DNA from: Nemertoderma westbladi
Lineage: Eukaryota > Animalia > Xenacoelomorpha
Assembly (NCBI GenBank): GCA_032718475.1
Contig: JAUCBJ010007369.1
Location: 24,585 to 88,584, forward strand
Length of the DNA: 64,000 nucleotides
Direction: 5' to 3'
In this document: one piece after another, positions 24,962 through 37,757 of the stretch
Layout of the letters: every line of letters begins with the position of its first letter
Position numbering within the stretch: position 1 is the stretch's first letter
Position numbers and translations under genes: made by a program
The notes under the pieces: generated by a model
Told to the model about the DNA's origin: nothing
Seen by the model: only the letters and a program-made list of their open reading frames with translations
The model's database searches: none

Positions 24962-26529
24962 CCCTATTAAACCCGGGGGGGGGTCAATATGACCCCCCCC
25001 CGTGGTTTTTTTATTATAATTCTGAAACAAACGCAGTTGGGAATCTGAAATTTTATGACTTTTCCTAAAAATCTATTGTCTTCCTAGTAGTGAAAACCGT
25101 TTTCAAAAATATTGGGTAGTTTTCGAGTTATAGCACCATTTTTTAACCCTACTTTTGGCACTTTTTTTGAGACATTTTTTGAAAATTACATTTCATTAAA
25201 TGTGAATTGTAACATCTTTATTTTTGATTTACACCGGTTTTTTGGTGTTAGCAATTGGATGGAATTCATATAAATTGATTTAGAAATTTAAAACTTGTTT
25301 TTTTCGGCGGGTGCCAATTTTTGGTGCCAGCACCAAATTTTGAAATATGTCAATTTTATAAATTGATTGTGTGAAACTTATTTTTTACGCAATTGGGGTT
25401 TTTTGGGGTTCTGGTTTCGATGAAATATCTACGAGTTGCACCAAGCGTATCAAACTTGTATTTTTCGGTGGTGGGTGCAAATTTTGGTGCTAGCACGAAA
25501 TTTTGAAAATCCCTTCAATTGATAAAATTGTTTGTGACAATTTATTTCTTGCGTTTTAGAGATTTATGGCTATTCTGAATTGAATGGAATATATAATTTT
25601 CGAACTAGGCATCTCAAACTTGTATTTTTCGGAAGTGGGTACAAAATGTGGTGCTAGCACCAAATTTTGAAAACCATCAAATATATAAATTGATTGTGTC
25701 ACCTTGTTTCTTGCGTTATACGGGTTTGTGAGGGTTCTGAATTCAATGGAATCGGTAAAAATTTCATAAGAGTTTTCAAACTTGTATTTTTCGCCGGTGG
25801 GTGAAAATTGTTGTGCCAGCACCAAATTTTGGAAAATAAGCAAATTGATCAGTAGATAGTATCATCTTGTTTATTGCGTTATACGGGTTTATGAGGGTCC
25901 TGAATCCGATGGAATCAATAAAAACAGCACTGGACATCGCAAACTTGTACTTTTTGGTGATGGGTACGAAATTTGGTCCTAGCACCAAAATTTTCCAAAT
26001 TACGCCGAAAAATACAAGTAGCAATGATGGGACATTTTAGAAATGTATTCCATTAAAATCAGCGCCCTAGAAAACCTGAAAATGTGAATTTATAGCATCG
26101 TATAAGTGAATTAAAAATTTTGTGTTCTAACTGAAAAGTGCTGGTTACTTGTTTTTTTCATTTTTTTCCTACGCAGAGAGGACTAAACAGCCATTTATAG
26201 TACTCATATCATTTTTAAATATTTTCCAATGTATTTCGCGCCCATGAAAACCTGTATTGAAAAACAATTAGACGAAAAATGTAACTTTCAAATTTTCTGA
26301 AAATTGTGCACTACTTGTAATTTTGGTGCTGCAATATAACCACCTCAGTACATTTTTTCGAAATTTTTTTTTTTTCGGTCAGATCCTGACTAGTGATACC
26401 TAAGTACAAACAAAAAATCAGACGTTTTCGTAAAAATTTGTAGATTTTAGAGGGGGGGGGGTCAATATGACCCCCCCCCCCCCCCCCCCCGGTATTTGTA
26501 CAACATTTTATAGCCCGGTACTAATAGGG
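24962..26529. mobile_element. piggyBac-like non-autonomous element with an internal array of about 163-bp units
   Basis: TTAA at 24958-24961 and 26530-26533. TIRs CCCTATTAAACCCGGG and CCCTATTAGTACCGGG. The palindrome G(n)TCAATATGAC(n) sits near both ends. Five units start with AAACTTG at about 25290, 25451, 25616, 25778 and 25941. Confidence 0.85.
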
Positions 26530-26533
26530 TTAA

Positions 26534-26710
26534 AGATTAATTAAAGTGTTTGACTCCCACTTCTATAAAGTTTCAATATCGGCACACTCAGCAGTAAGTT
26601 TCTTACATTTCTTGACATTTCGCTGTTATCAAATTGTTTCGAATACTTTTCCACAGATGGACAAAGTCATATAGGAGAAAAACGCCATCAACTGTTTTCG
26701 GAGGCTTGTT
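26534..26710 (-). pseudogene. P-element/THAP9-like transposase remnant (upstream part)
   Basis: FLLYDFVHLWKSIRNNLITAK matches the P-transposase motif DxxHLxKxxRNN. It is contiguous with 23950-24957 once the TTAA insertion is removed. Confidence 0.75.
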
Positions 26711-26714
26711 AGGT

Positions 26715-28560
26715 GTAAGAGAGAAGATCTTAAGATAGCCTACAAAGTTAAAACCGAACAACCAACAACCGAAAACACTAACAAGTTTGAGAAAGCTAAG
26801 GAAGATCTTAAATTGGCCTACAACATCAGCCAGGAAAAGTACATACAGGGTAAAATTGAAGCAATTACAACTGCTCACATACAGCAACAATCAAGACTTA
26901 CCTGGCAAACTGTAAATGAGGTATCTGGTTGGAAAAGTTGTGCAAAGGGGCGCCTCAAACCCGATAGTCCTGAAGAACGTGTTGGGAAGTGGAAAAATCA
27001 CTTCAGCAACTTGCTTGGGCAGCCACCAAACATCGAGGTCAGCCCTACAAGGAAAATATATGACAAGACACTACCTATAGAAACAGGGGACTTCACACCT
27101 ACCGAACTCCAAAGAAGCATTAAAAGCATGTCCAATAATAAAGGGAGTGGATAAGATGAAATCCCAGCGGAGGTATGTAAAACCAGAATGCTAAACAGAC
27201 CATTATTGAATGTTTGCAACCGGATTTTAAAAGGGGAAAAGCCACCACCAAATTGGACTAAAGGTCAACTAAAGCCTCTCCCCAAGAAAGGAGACCTCGG
27301 CATACCAACAAACTATCATGGGGTCTGTATGCTTGTGGATTAGCCCTCACATAGAGAAACAACTGTGTAAGAGCCAAAACGGATTTCGACCAAGTAGATC
27401 AACAATAGCTCAGCTACTTGCACTTCGGAGACTGATTGAAGGAATTAAGTCAAAGAATCTTCCCACAGTCATGACTTTTGTGGACTTCAAGAAGGCATTC
27501 GACTCCATCCATAAAGTTAAAATGCTTGAAATCCTAAGAGCTTATGGAATATACCAGAAGTAATTGTTGCTGGCATTGGATTGTTATATTGTGACACAGA
27601 AGTGCAGGTACTCTTACCAGATGGTGAAACTGAGTTTTTCTCAATCCTGGCTGGCGTACTGCAGGGTGACACATTAGCACCATTACTATTTGTAATTGTG
27701 GTGGATTACGCAATGAGAACTTCCACAAAGGGTGAAGATCTGGGATTCACACTTCAAGAATGCAGAAGTAGTAGATATCCGGCAACTACAGTCACAGACA
27801 CCGACTTTGCGGATGACATCGCCCTGCTCTCTAATACGCTAGCAGATGCACAGCTTCTACTAAATAAAGTAGAGAGGACTGCTAAGGAGGTTGGATTGCA
27901 TATAAATGCTACCAAGACCGAATCCATGACCTTTAATGTTGATGGAAACTTGACAACCATTGATAATAATCAACTAAGGAAGGTCAACGACTTCCAGTAC
28001 CTTGGATCATGGATAGAGGTTAGCAAAAAGGACATAGAAGTTAGGAAAGCAAAGGCTTGGGTAGCTCTATCAAAAATGAATACCATCTGGAAATCAGATC
28101 TCCCCAGGCACCTGTAGACTAAGTTCTTTCGAGCCACAGTGGAAAGTGTATTTTTATATGGGGGTGAGACCTGGACACAGATTAAATCACTTGAACAACA
28201 AATTGATGGTTGCTACACAAGACTACTAAGGGCAGCCCTAAACATCAGCTGGAGACAACACATGACAAACGCCGAGCTTTATGGTACAATACCGCCTGTA
28301 TCAACCACCCTCCGTGAACGCAGATTAAGATTCAGTGGGCACTGCTGGCGAAGTAAAGACGAGGTCATACCAGATCTACTTTTCTGGCAACCAACTCATG
28401 GAAAGCGTAGTCGTGGACAACCGGCCATAACATATATAGATCAACTTGAAAGGGATACAGAACTTGGGATAAACGAAATTGCGACAACTATGGAGAATTG
28501 GGAAGCCTGGAAGGATCTCATTTCCACTGTCCGAGTTCGCTCGACCTAGTAGTAGTAGTA
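26715..28560 (+). mobile_element. 5'-truncated RTE-clade LINE with RT domain, frameshifted
   Basis: Motifs QNGFRPSRST, VDFKKAFDSIH, GVLQGDTLAPLLF, DTDFADDIALL, FQYLGSWI and RRLRFSGHCWR. The stop codon runs directly into a (TAG)n tail. Confidence 0.92.
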
Positions 28561-29477
28561 CTTTCTAACAGCTATGCACTTACACCAATTAGACAAAATA
28601 AAATCTACTTTATCAGAAAGATAATTCGGGAGCACAAATCTGCACAGAACCATCTCGTTTTAGTTATTTGTAGAGATAAAAATCGAATAGACAAACTCGT
28701 TGAGCAACTCAATCTGTCGCATACCACTAAAAAATTCAAAAGGTATAAAAGATGAAACATGTCAAACTGATGTCACTAAAAATAAGTGAAACCAACTCAG
28801 ATTTCTGGACAACTGTAGTTATGTATTTAAGACCCCTGGTATCACCACCGAGTATGACAAAATCATTACTTCCACCAGGTGAACGATTCTTGGGTCTGTC
28901 TCTGTGTGCCGTGCAAGCAGCACACAGACAACCGGAATCTCATCTCATACAGTGGATGCTCATGCATGACCTACTATAGATACGATCCACCAAGCCGCGG
29001 CAAAGCCCCTAAATTTAGTGGGCCAGTTATTTATCTTAGATAGAATCCCTGAAACAATATGTCGAGTGTGTTGGAAGTACTTGTCCTTAACTAAAATTAT
29101 ATCCTCTTTCAGATGAGGCAAATAAAAATTTTATAACTCCATTAGTTTTCGAGATATAAGGCATTCCTGGCACCCATGCCATATCAACACCTTTTGGAAT
29201 TGATAAAATTACACAAAAGACATCACCCTTTAAAGACTGGTATAACCATGAAACTATACTATACTTTTTGGGGTTTGTTGAATTCATTATTAGTAATCGA
29301 AAGCAAGATTAGAAGCAAAATTTTCAGTTTTTTATTGGCCATACAGTTTGGCTACTTGAGGTTTTAGAATGTGCTGATTTCATTGGGAAGGTTTATTCCT
29401 CTACATCAAACATATCGAAGATTTGTGTAATATAACAACAATGGCATGTTGTTGTTATATTAGTTATTAATCAGTTA

Positions 29478-30195
29478 TTTGTGCCCCTGGAGCACGAAAA
29501 AAACAAGTAGTGGAAATATGATAATGAAAAATCACCACGAAAACCTATTGATTTTATGAACATGAGTTTTTTGCGATGCTGATCACAAATATGACATTTT
29601 AAAATATCCTACCTTGTTGATTAGGGTATTTTTGGATATGTGACAATGTGCGGCACGGAAAATACAAGTAGCACAATTTTGATAATCAAAAATCATTACC
29701 GAATGAACCTGATTTTATAACATTATTTTATGGTGATCAGGAATATGACACTCATAAATATCGTATTATCCTACCAAATTTGATTTTTGCTGTTTGAAAT
29801 TTTATGGTACTTGTATTTTTCATCCCACCAGACAAACACCAAAAACGATAGTTGCGTTACCATTAATGATTTCTAACGAGTTGTATTGTTATCATCGGCT
29901 TTGAAAACCAGTATAGCTTCAGAATTACAAAACCAAAGGCAAAATTTAACAGTTTGAATTTTTTGCTACTTGTACTTTTCGTTCTGGGGCACCAGAATGG
30001 CACCAAAATGGGGTGCCAGAAATTGATACCAGAAATATTTATAACTACTTTTATCTTGATCAGCGACCTCGAAATCCCTTATACCATCAAAATTGTAATT
30101 GTTGAACCAAGGTCTAAAAAGTTTCTAAAATAACCCCCCCCCCCCCCCCCATCCCTAAATAAGTACTGAAGTAAAATAGCCCTTTTCAGAATGGG
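29478..30195 (-). mobile_element. Partial copy of the piggyBac-like family at 57430-58965
   Basis: The reverse complement matches about 57430-58120. It ends ..AATGGG followed by TTAA at 30196-30199. Confidence 0.7.
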
Positions 30196-30526
30196 TTAAA
30201 CGTACCGGTAGCTCGGATGACGGTAGCAAATGAATATGAATATGAATATCTTAATTCAGCATCAACTAGAGTAACATAAAGTATCAGTTCTGCAAATCAT
30301 TAAACACCACTACATTCCAGGATAGTTAATAATAATTCCCCTAAATAATATCTGTTCCTCATTATATTGAAGTCGTAATATTAATTTATCTCAGCATCTA
30401 TTATGTACCGTTATCAATAACCTTTGTCTATTAAATCTAAGAAGCGAACATTGTTAAGGTAGTCTCACACATTGCCTTACTGTACTTGCTTGAGATCCTT
30501 CGAAAGGGCCGATATGTCCTTGTGGG

Positions 30527-30637
30527 ATTCAGATATGAGTCCTGCTGGTTTAGACAGGAGAATATCGCTAACGTGATGGTTGAACCATCACGCTAGTGTT
30601 ATTCTCCTGCCTAAACCAGCGGGACTCATATCTGAAT
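30527..30637. repeat. 111-bp near-perfect palindrome
   Basis: 55-bp arms ATTCAGATATGAGTCC..GTGATGGTT and AACCATCAC..GGACTCATATCTGAAT with a 1-nt spacer and 5 mismatches. Confidence 0.9.
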
Positions 30638-32775
30638 GATGATGGTTCTTAAAGAATAAGCGGCCGCCCAACCCCAAGTCCAGCAGTAGCTTCATCTCTA
30701 CATCAGATATAATTTTACTCTCCTTCATGAATTTCGATGGACGATGGACGGTATATTCTTTTTACTGGCGGTCTCTGAGGAATTTGAGGCATTTAGCATA
30801 CTGAAGTCAGAACAGATTCCGGGTTTACTGAATATAGCGCCCGTCGAAATGTACAAATGTTAGTGGAAGGTCCGGGTGTCATCTGTTCTGCAGAAAAGCC
30901 CTTACTAGTCGAACTGAGTGCCACTGTATACCGAGCGCGCGAGCGGCATCCAGACTTTCCAACTATAACTGCTATGGCCTGTATACAGATTCAGATACTA
31001 TGTCCAGACCAAGATTAGGCCGCCGTGGCTGGCAGCCCATGTAGAGGTGATAACAAATAGTAAAATAAAAACAGGTATGGACGTAATCAGGTAATGTAAT
31101 AATGATAAGGCATTGATGCCTAACACAGTAACAACATAATGCAGTCAGCACTCAGCAGTCAGCAGAAATGTAATGCCTAACGCAGTAGTGCAGTGCAATG
31201 CACATACCACATACTGAATAATTCACTACATTATTACCGGACCAGTACCAGAGTACTGCAGTACTGAAATAGAAGTGCACTGGCTGGCACTTAGATTATA
31301 ATTTTCGACGACTGACACATTGGCCATTTTTTAAAATACCACAATTTTATAAACTTTGCCAATGAAATCAGCACATTCTAAAACCTCAGTAGCCAAACTA
31401 TATGGCCAAATTACCACTTTGAAAATATCGAGCTACTTATTGTAATTTTGGTGCTCTTTTAGTGTCTATTATAAAATAAACAATGAAGATTTTATTCTAA
31501 TTTCGCATTCAATTACTAATAATTAATTCGACTAACCAATATAAAGCATACTATGGTTTAATGGTTATACAGTACCAAACTCTTGAAAGGTGATGTATTT
31601 TGAGTAATTTTATCAATTCCGAAAAGTAGTGATATGGTATGGGTGCCAGGAACTCCTCATATCTCGAAAACTACTGGAGCTATTAAATTTTTAATTTAAT
31701 TCATATCTGAATGATGATGGTTCTTAAAGAATAAGCGGCCGCCCAACCCCAAGTCCAGCAGTAGCTTCATCTCTACATCAGATATAATTTTACTCTCCTT
31801 TATGAATTTCGATGGACGATGGACGGTATATTCTTTTTACTGGCGGTCTCTGAGGAATTTGAGGCATTTAGCATACTGAAGTCGGAACAGATTCCGGGTT
31901 TACTGAATATATCGCCTGTCGAAATGTACAAATGTTAGTGGAAGGTCCTGGTGTCATCTGTTCTGCAGAAAAGCCCTTACTAGTCGAACTGAGTGCCACT
32001 GTAGAGACCGAGCGCGCGAGCGGCATCCAGACTTTCCAACTATAACTGCTACGGCCTGTATACAGATTCAGATACTATGTCCAGACCAAGATTAGGCCGC
32101 CGTGGCTGGCAGCCCATGTAGAGGTGATAACAAATAGTCAAATAAAAACAGGTATGGACGTAATCAGGTAATGTAATAATGATAAGGCATTGATGCCTAA
32201 CACAGTAACAGCATAATGCAGTCAGCACTCAGCAGTCAGCAGAAATGTAATGCCTAACGCAGTAGTGCAGTGCAATGCACATACCACATACTGAATAATT
32301 CACTACATTATTACCGGACCAGTGACCAGAGTACTGCAGTACTGAAATAGAAGTGCACTGGCTGGCACTTAGATTATAATTTTCGACGACTGACACATTG
32401 GCCATTTTTTAAATTACCACAATTTTATAAACTTTGCCAATGAAATCAGCACATTCTAAAACCTCAGTAGCCAAACTATATGGCCAAATTACAACTTTGA
32501 AAATATCGAGCTACTTATTGTAATTTTGGTGCTCTTTTAGTGTCTATTATAAAATAAACAATGAAGATTTTATTCTAATTTCGCATTCAATTACAATTAA
32601 TTCGACTAACCAATATAAAGCATACTATGGTTCAATGGTTATACAGTACCAAACTCTTGAAAGGTGATGTATTTTGAGTAATTTTATCAATTCCGAAAAG
32701 TAGTGATATGGTATGGGTGCCAGGAACTCCTCATATCTCGAAAACTACTGGAGCTATTAATTTTTTATTTGTCTC
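30626..32775 (+). repeat. About 1075-bp tandem duplication, 2 near-identical copies
   Basis: TCATATCTGAATGATGATGGTTCTTAAAG starts at 30626 and 31701, and the copies align along their whole length. Confidence 0.92.
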
Positions 32776-33712
32776 ATCTGAAAGAGGACATAATTTTAGT
32801 TAGGGACAAGTACTTTCGACGCGCGAGACCTATTGTTTCAGGGGTTCTATCTAAGAGAAATAACTGGCCCTCTAAATTTAGGGGCTTTGCAGCAGCTTGG
32901 CGGGTCGTATCTATAGTACGTCGTTGCTCGGCTCATGTTTAAACAAATATGTTGAAACTAATTCCAGATTCCCGAATAGGATTCCCATTATTTATGCTAA
33001 CCATACTCTGTGTTTTGTGCCAATCTTTCCTGTACTCTCCCACCATATGTCTGTTTCCCATGTCGGTGGGCTGAAGCTATAGTTTCCTCCCATTATTGTT
33101 CCTTTCCTGAGGCTCAAACTCAGAGCGTTCTGGTTGGAAGACCATGACCGTGACATGTCTGAGGTATTGTGCAGCATAACTGTAAGCCGCCATCGAACAG
33201 CTACAATCACACAAGTGCAAATTACACATTATTTTCATGCGTTACATATAATATAATACCCTCCAAGAATACTATGCTATTATGTTAAATTATATAGTAG
33301 GCATGCTAAATTTTAGTACAAAGGAAACTAGGTATGCTACACTATTAAACTGAAAGCACCATTATACTGTATTATAATTTCAAGAATGACAAGTTTTAAA
33401 ACTAATGGACCTACAGAAATTATCACCATTTACATATCTATTGTCAAATTTGTGTCAAATATACTATGATTAATCTTGGTTAATCTGGAGATTCATTCAC
33501 GAACGTGCGATTATCTGGACAGTTGGCAGTTCATTATCCGCTATCAAGTATACTTTAGAGACAATAACTTGACAACTATGATACTGCTAATTAGAGATGC
33601 AATGCTTTTACTGATCATTATTATTTTTGACTTTGTGTTCATTATGTGTTTTTTGCTGTACTGTACTACTGAACTAACACTACCATTAACAGCTTAAGTT
33701 ATATGATATGCA

Positions 33713-34440
33713 ATGGAGAAGCATCTTATTTGGAATTCAACCTCTCACAGTAAAGACAGAATTAATTCTGGCCGCTTTGAGGCCCTAAGAGAGACAGTCG
33801 GGGTAAATGGCAATCCACTTCTTATAGACGAGGTAGAGGATGCTATTGAACTAGATGGCGACCCTTCCAGAAATTCGGGTCATAACAGTGAATGGGCAAC
33901 TAGCTGGTAGAGGCAGAAATAAGTGGACACGAGTCAGCAGCACTCAGCAGCAGCGGCCACTCCACTGGATAGCAACCGATTCTAACTCGAAAGCACCTCG
34001 ACAGTATTCTACTGATAATAATTCTGGTTGAAGGACTGGGAATAATAAAGGGTAATATAGAAGTATTGAACAAGAAGGTGGATGATAATGAATGGAATTG
34101 AGAATGGAGTTAAGAGGACCATTGACAATGAGAGGCAGTGGGGATGACGTAACTTACTTGTACTGAATGTAGAGGAGAGTATAAACGAGAACCTGAAAGA
34201 GTTAATTCATAAGTTTATCGCACATAAGCTCGGTATAAAACGATCAGTTGACATTGATAGAATAACCAGGCAGGGGCGATTTATTCAAGGACGGGTACGA
34301 CGGTACGACCCATTAAGGTCGAGTTCGTAAGGATGACAGATAAATATGAGGTTCTTGATGCCAGGGAGTATCTTACTGAGATGAGCTTTAGGATGCTGGA
34401 TGATTTCCCGGTAGAAATATATTATTCAGACGTATAAAAG
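33713..34440 (+). mobile_element. Degraded LINE ORF1 (CR1/L2/L1-type coiled-coil + RRM)
   Basis: Frameshifted peptide RNLLVLNVEESINENLKELIHKFIAHKLGI..IDRITRQG..RPIKVEFVR..EVL..L..MLDDFPVE has the typical ORF1 RRM-CTD pattern. Confidence 0.7.
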
Positions 34441-36368
34441 AAGCAAGGGTTTTGGGGTATAACTGCAAAATCACTGGCAATTTTATGCGTTTTAACGATA
34501 CAAATGTGAGTTGGTTAATTACATGATAGACCTAGCTAGTTAAATAGTCTCCATTGCTATGTTTAAGGGTCTGTACACAAAATTTACCCACGATGAAATT
34601 TTTGAGGGAATTTTTTTGAATGACTAGTCAACCAACTGCTTCAAAAAAAACCAACAATGGTTTAGATCGGAATTTGTGGGCAAAAACCTAAATTAATGAC
34701 GTATCTCGCTTAGCCTAGGTGCTGTAAATCCTCTGCCTCTCAGCTCAAAACGCAATGGGTTTGCATCAACCATGTCATGTCAACTAAAGTTATGGAAACT
34801 TGCAGGATTTCGTCCTTTATAATGGACTGTATCCGTTCAGTTTCAGAAGGAACATGTAAATCGTGTATGTAGTCTTACCTGTCACTGCTATACCAGACCT
34901 TGTTCTATGCCAGCCAGCTGTATGGAGAAAATGCGGAGGTCTGCCCATGACATTCTTTAAAAGTCTGCTAAACGATACTGCTCTTAATAATGCCGATTTA
35001 TAGGTTATTTACATGGCTTATCGCTCGCTATGTGGAGGTTATTGCGTTGCAGGGCCTGCTTCTGGCAGCCATCCCTCCCAGTAGCGCGTCTGATATGTTT
35101 ATACAATTTTTTCTCGAATTTATAACCATGGACACGCCCAGTAACGAAATCAGATTGTTTTTCATTTATACAAGCATAAACAAAAATGGTTCATACACCT
35201 GATTTGATTTTGACTCTGGGCATTTTTATATTGCTCGTAATCCCAAACCAACACATTCTCCCCAAATAATAAATAACTTATGCTGCAAGCATATTATTTA
35301 TTTATTTATCACATCACATTGTTTTCTAGATATTGATATGATCATTCGATAATATTTTCCAATAAAACGAATTAAAAGTAATTGTGGCTTCTGAAGCTTT
35401 GGTAGGTCATGTCAGAAGGAGGTGGTTGTACTGCGATGCTTGTAATATTTAATGATTTTATTTTACATAGATGAAAAGGAAGGTCATCCATCATGCTAAC
35501 ATTAACGATCGCCATCATTAATAAACCTACCAAATATTATTCATTTAAGTTAACTGCACCTGTATATTCCCTATATCAGAATTCAGAATCAAATCCAAAT
35601 TTCATCAGCATAATGAGATGAATCAAATCATGTGACAGGCTTAATCAATATTAAATTCTTATATAATGTAACGATTTCTGATTGAGGGCATTTTAATAAG
35701 GTTCGATTTATGTACAAAGATCGATGGGCGTCGTTAATTAATATAGTTCGAATTAGAACATAAAATACTGCTTATTGGTAATAAGATATTCATTAATTCC
35801 ATCAAAATATTTCCGCAAAAGAGACATTCCCCTATTTTCTGAATAACAACTTGCCACCATATCAACCCAGTTCGTAGTATAGAAGTTGTCATCATGAAAT
35901 ACATAGCCAAAAAAGAATTAAATTCCCAATGTAGAGCTACCCGTTATAGCTTATAACCCCCATTAATACAATATTACGTACCTCGTATTTACAAAGTGGT
36001 GCAACGATATCTATGTACGGACGTTCATTAGCCATTATTACCCACGGAAAGGAAGTTAACTCAGCTCTTGAAGTTTGCTGAAACTTCGTTTCAAATTTAA
36101 CTACGTCCTATTTATTGTGATTTGCTGATACTGATTAACACACGGCTTACGGAAGCCTTTCAGATTGGACTATACTGATAGTTTGGGATTTCAACGGAAG
36201 AATAAATTACAAATAATCAGCATATCAATGCAAATTGTGTTTAAAAATGACGTTGTCATTGTGGTACATCTGAACAATATTCTATTCCGGTAATATTCCG
36301 ACATGTTTGCTGTACAGTATATAACGATAGTCTTCACTGAATATTATCGAGCCGATATTCAAACCTAC

Positions 36369-36544
36369 CGTTCTACCTCTGGTCCACCTCAATGAACTAG
36401 CTGATGCGCTCCTGGGTGTCTGCGACCGGATTCTGGGGCAACTGCACACGACTGCACTGGTAGCCACAGACGATGCTGGGCACGTACTGCAGTAGGATTA
36501 GCATAGGATGGGGCAGGGGTTCTGTCATATACAGTAATTCTTAT
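36369..36544 (-). pseudogene. Disrupted EGF-like exon
   Basis: Acceptor TTCTATTTCAG and donor ACG|GTAGGT. Reads DKNYCI*QNPC..C..CGYQC..CSCP across frames, and all three frames contain stops. Confidence 0.45.
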
Positions 36545-37179
36545 CTGAAATAGAATATATACAGTAAATTAAAACCATAACAGTCCCATTAAAATATCAT
36601 ATTGCACACTATAAACATGATAGTTTGAATGTTAATTATTTTTTAATACATGTGCATTAATTATAATTCCCATTGTGTTATGGACGAGCATTGTTAATTA
36701 AGTTCAACTATACTTAACTAAGATTTCTGCTTCAACCTAAACCCATGGGAGAAATTTTTGTAAATGTTTCATAAATAGATATTTGAATAAAAAGAAAAAT
36801 GTATGGTAAAGCACTTTTCTGCTCAAGTCGTACCTGGCCGTTTATCTACTAGCGCGGACTACATTAACACAGGGGCCATCCGGCCATGTGTTTTCAAGGC
36901 AACAACGCCTCCAGACAATATTGATGTCAAATTTCAAATTTGTCGGTTGGATTTCTCGATACCGAAACGTGAAATTTCGTCCAGCCATTGCAAAGTTAAA
37001 ATTCAAAACTTTATTATTTTATGGTACACTCAAACTTGTCTATGCCTCGAAAATTCTCAAACAATCTTAGGAACTATCCGGTCAAAGACAACAGAAATAC
37101 CAGTTAAATTTCGTAACAAAAAATTGCGTAAACCGCTGTCTAGTATGATAGACTTTAAAGTAGATTGAAGTGAATTGAA

Positions 37180-37255
37180 GCGATGATACTTACATCGGTG
37201 AAACGGAAATCCATTTTATAGGAGCGAGCACTTAGGTCTATCCCCACGCACCGCC
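37180..37255 (+). mobile_element. Tiny Penelope-like GIY-YIG endonuclease fragment
   Basis: DDTYIGET followed after a frameshift by SEHLGLSPRT, compare PLE 'YIGxTxRxLxxRxxEHLGxS'. Confidence 0.45.
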
Positions 37256-37512
37256 GCACCAAACGGTGGCCCCAAAACAAACACTATACTGTGCGGGTAC
37301 ATGCCATAGAGACCGACCAACCCTACCCTTCTCTATGGAACACTTTACCGCCCTCGTTCATGCACCTACTAACTACATGCATCTACTGGTACATTATTCT
37401 GGTAATGGTATATTTTTCTGTGCTTTCTTTCTCAATTTTCCAATTAAATTTACTCAATATACTGTAGGCTACGATAAATAATTTTCATATTTCTATCAAT
37501 GTCCTAATTTGA

Positions 37513-37757
37513 GACAGGGGGGAAACTGGACCCAAATCCCATTTCGGCGAATTAATATCCCGCCTAAATGTTAAATTCTCAATTTAGAGAAAGGAGCAGA
37601 TTACAGTGGCACGTTGTTTCAACCAAAACAATAAACTAAACACAATAGAACAGGTTACAGTTTTACTTTTGAGAGTAATCAGCTATTATTTGCGCTTTCC
37701 CTGGAGAGGGATGAATTTTTATTGCGTCCAGTCCCCCCCCCCCCCCCGCCCCTATCT
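37513..37757. mobile_element. MITE of about 245 bp
   Basis: TIRs AGACAGGGGGGAAACTGGAC and GTCCAGT(C)n..CCCTATCT. A related copy starts at 63863 and a reversed fragment lies near 60070-60135. Confidence 0.65.

Larger units (their letters stand above)
28965..32930. mobile_element. Non-autonomous DNA element with long (over 400 bp) TIRs, superfamily unresolved
   Basis: 28968-about 29410 is an inverted copy of about 32430-32922 (for example GCAAAGCCCCTAAATTTAG and CTAAATTTAGGGGCTTTGC). GCTCATG occurs at 28958-28964 and 32931-32937 as a possible TSD. No intact ORF. Confidence 0.75.

Noticed and set aside
30488-30520. Second hammerhead-like motif (TTGAGATCCTTCGAAAGGGCCGATATGTC)
   Set aside because: Both the CUGANGA and GAAA boxes are disrupted.
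32940-33200. Minus-strand exon-like stretch as a further exon of the EMI/EGF pseudogene
   Set aside because: The acceptor is plausible, but no frame gives a recognisable domain.
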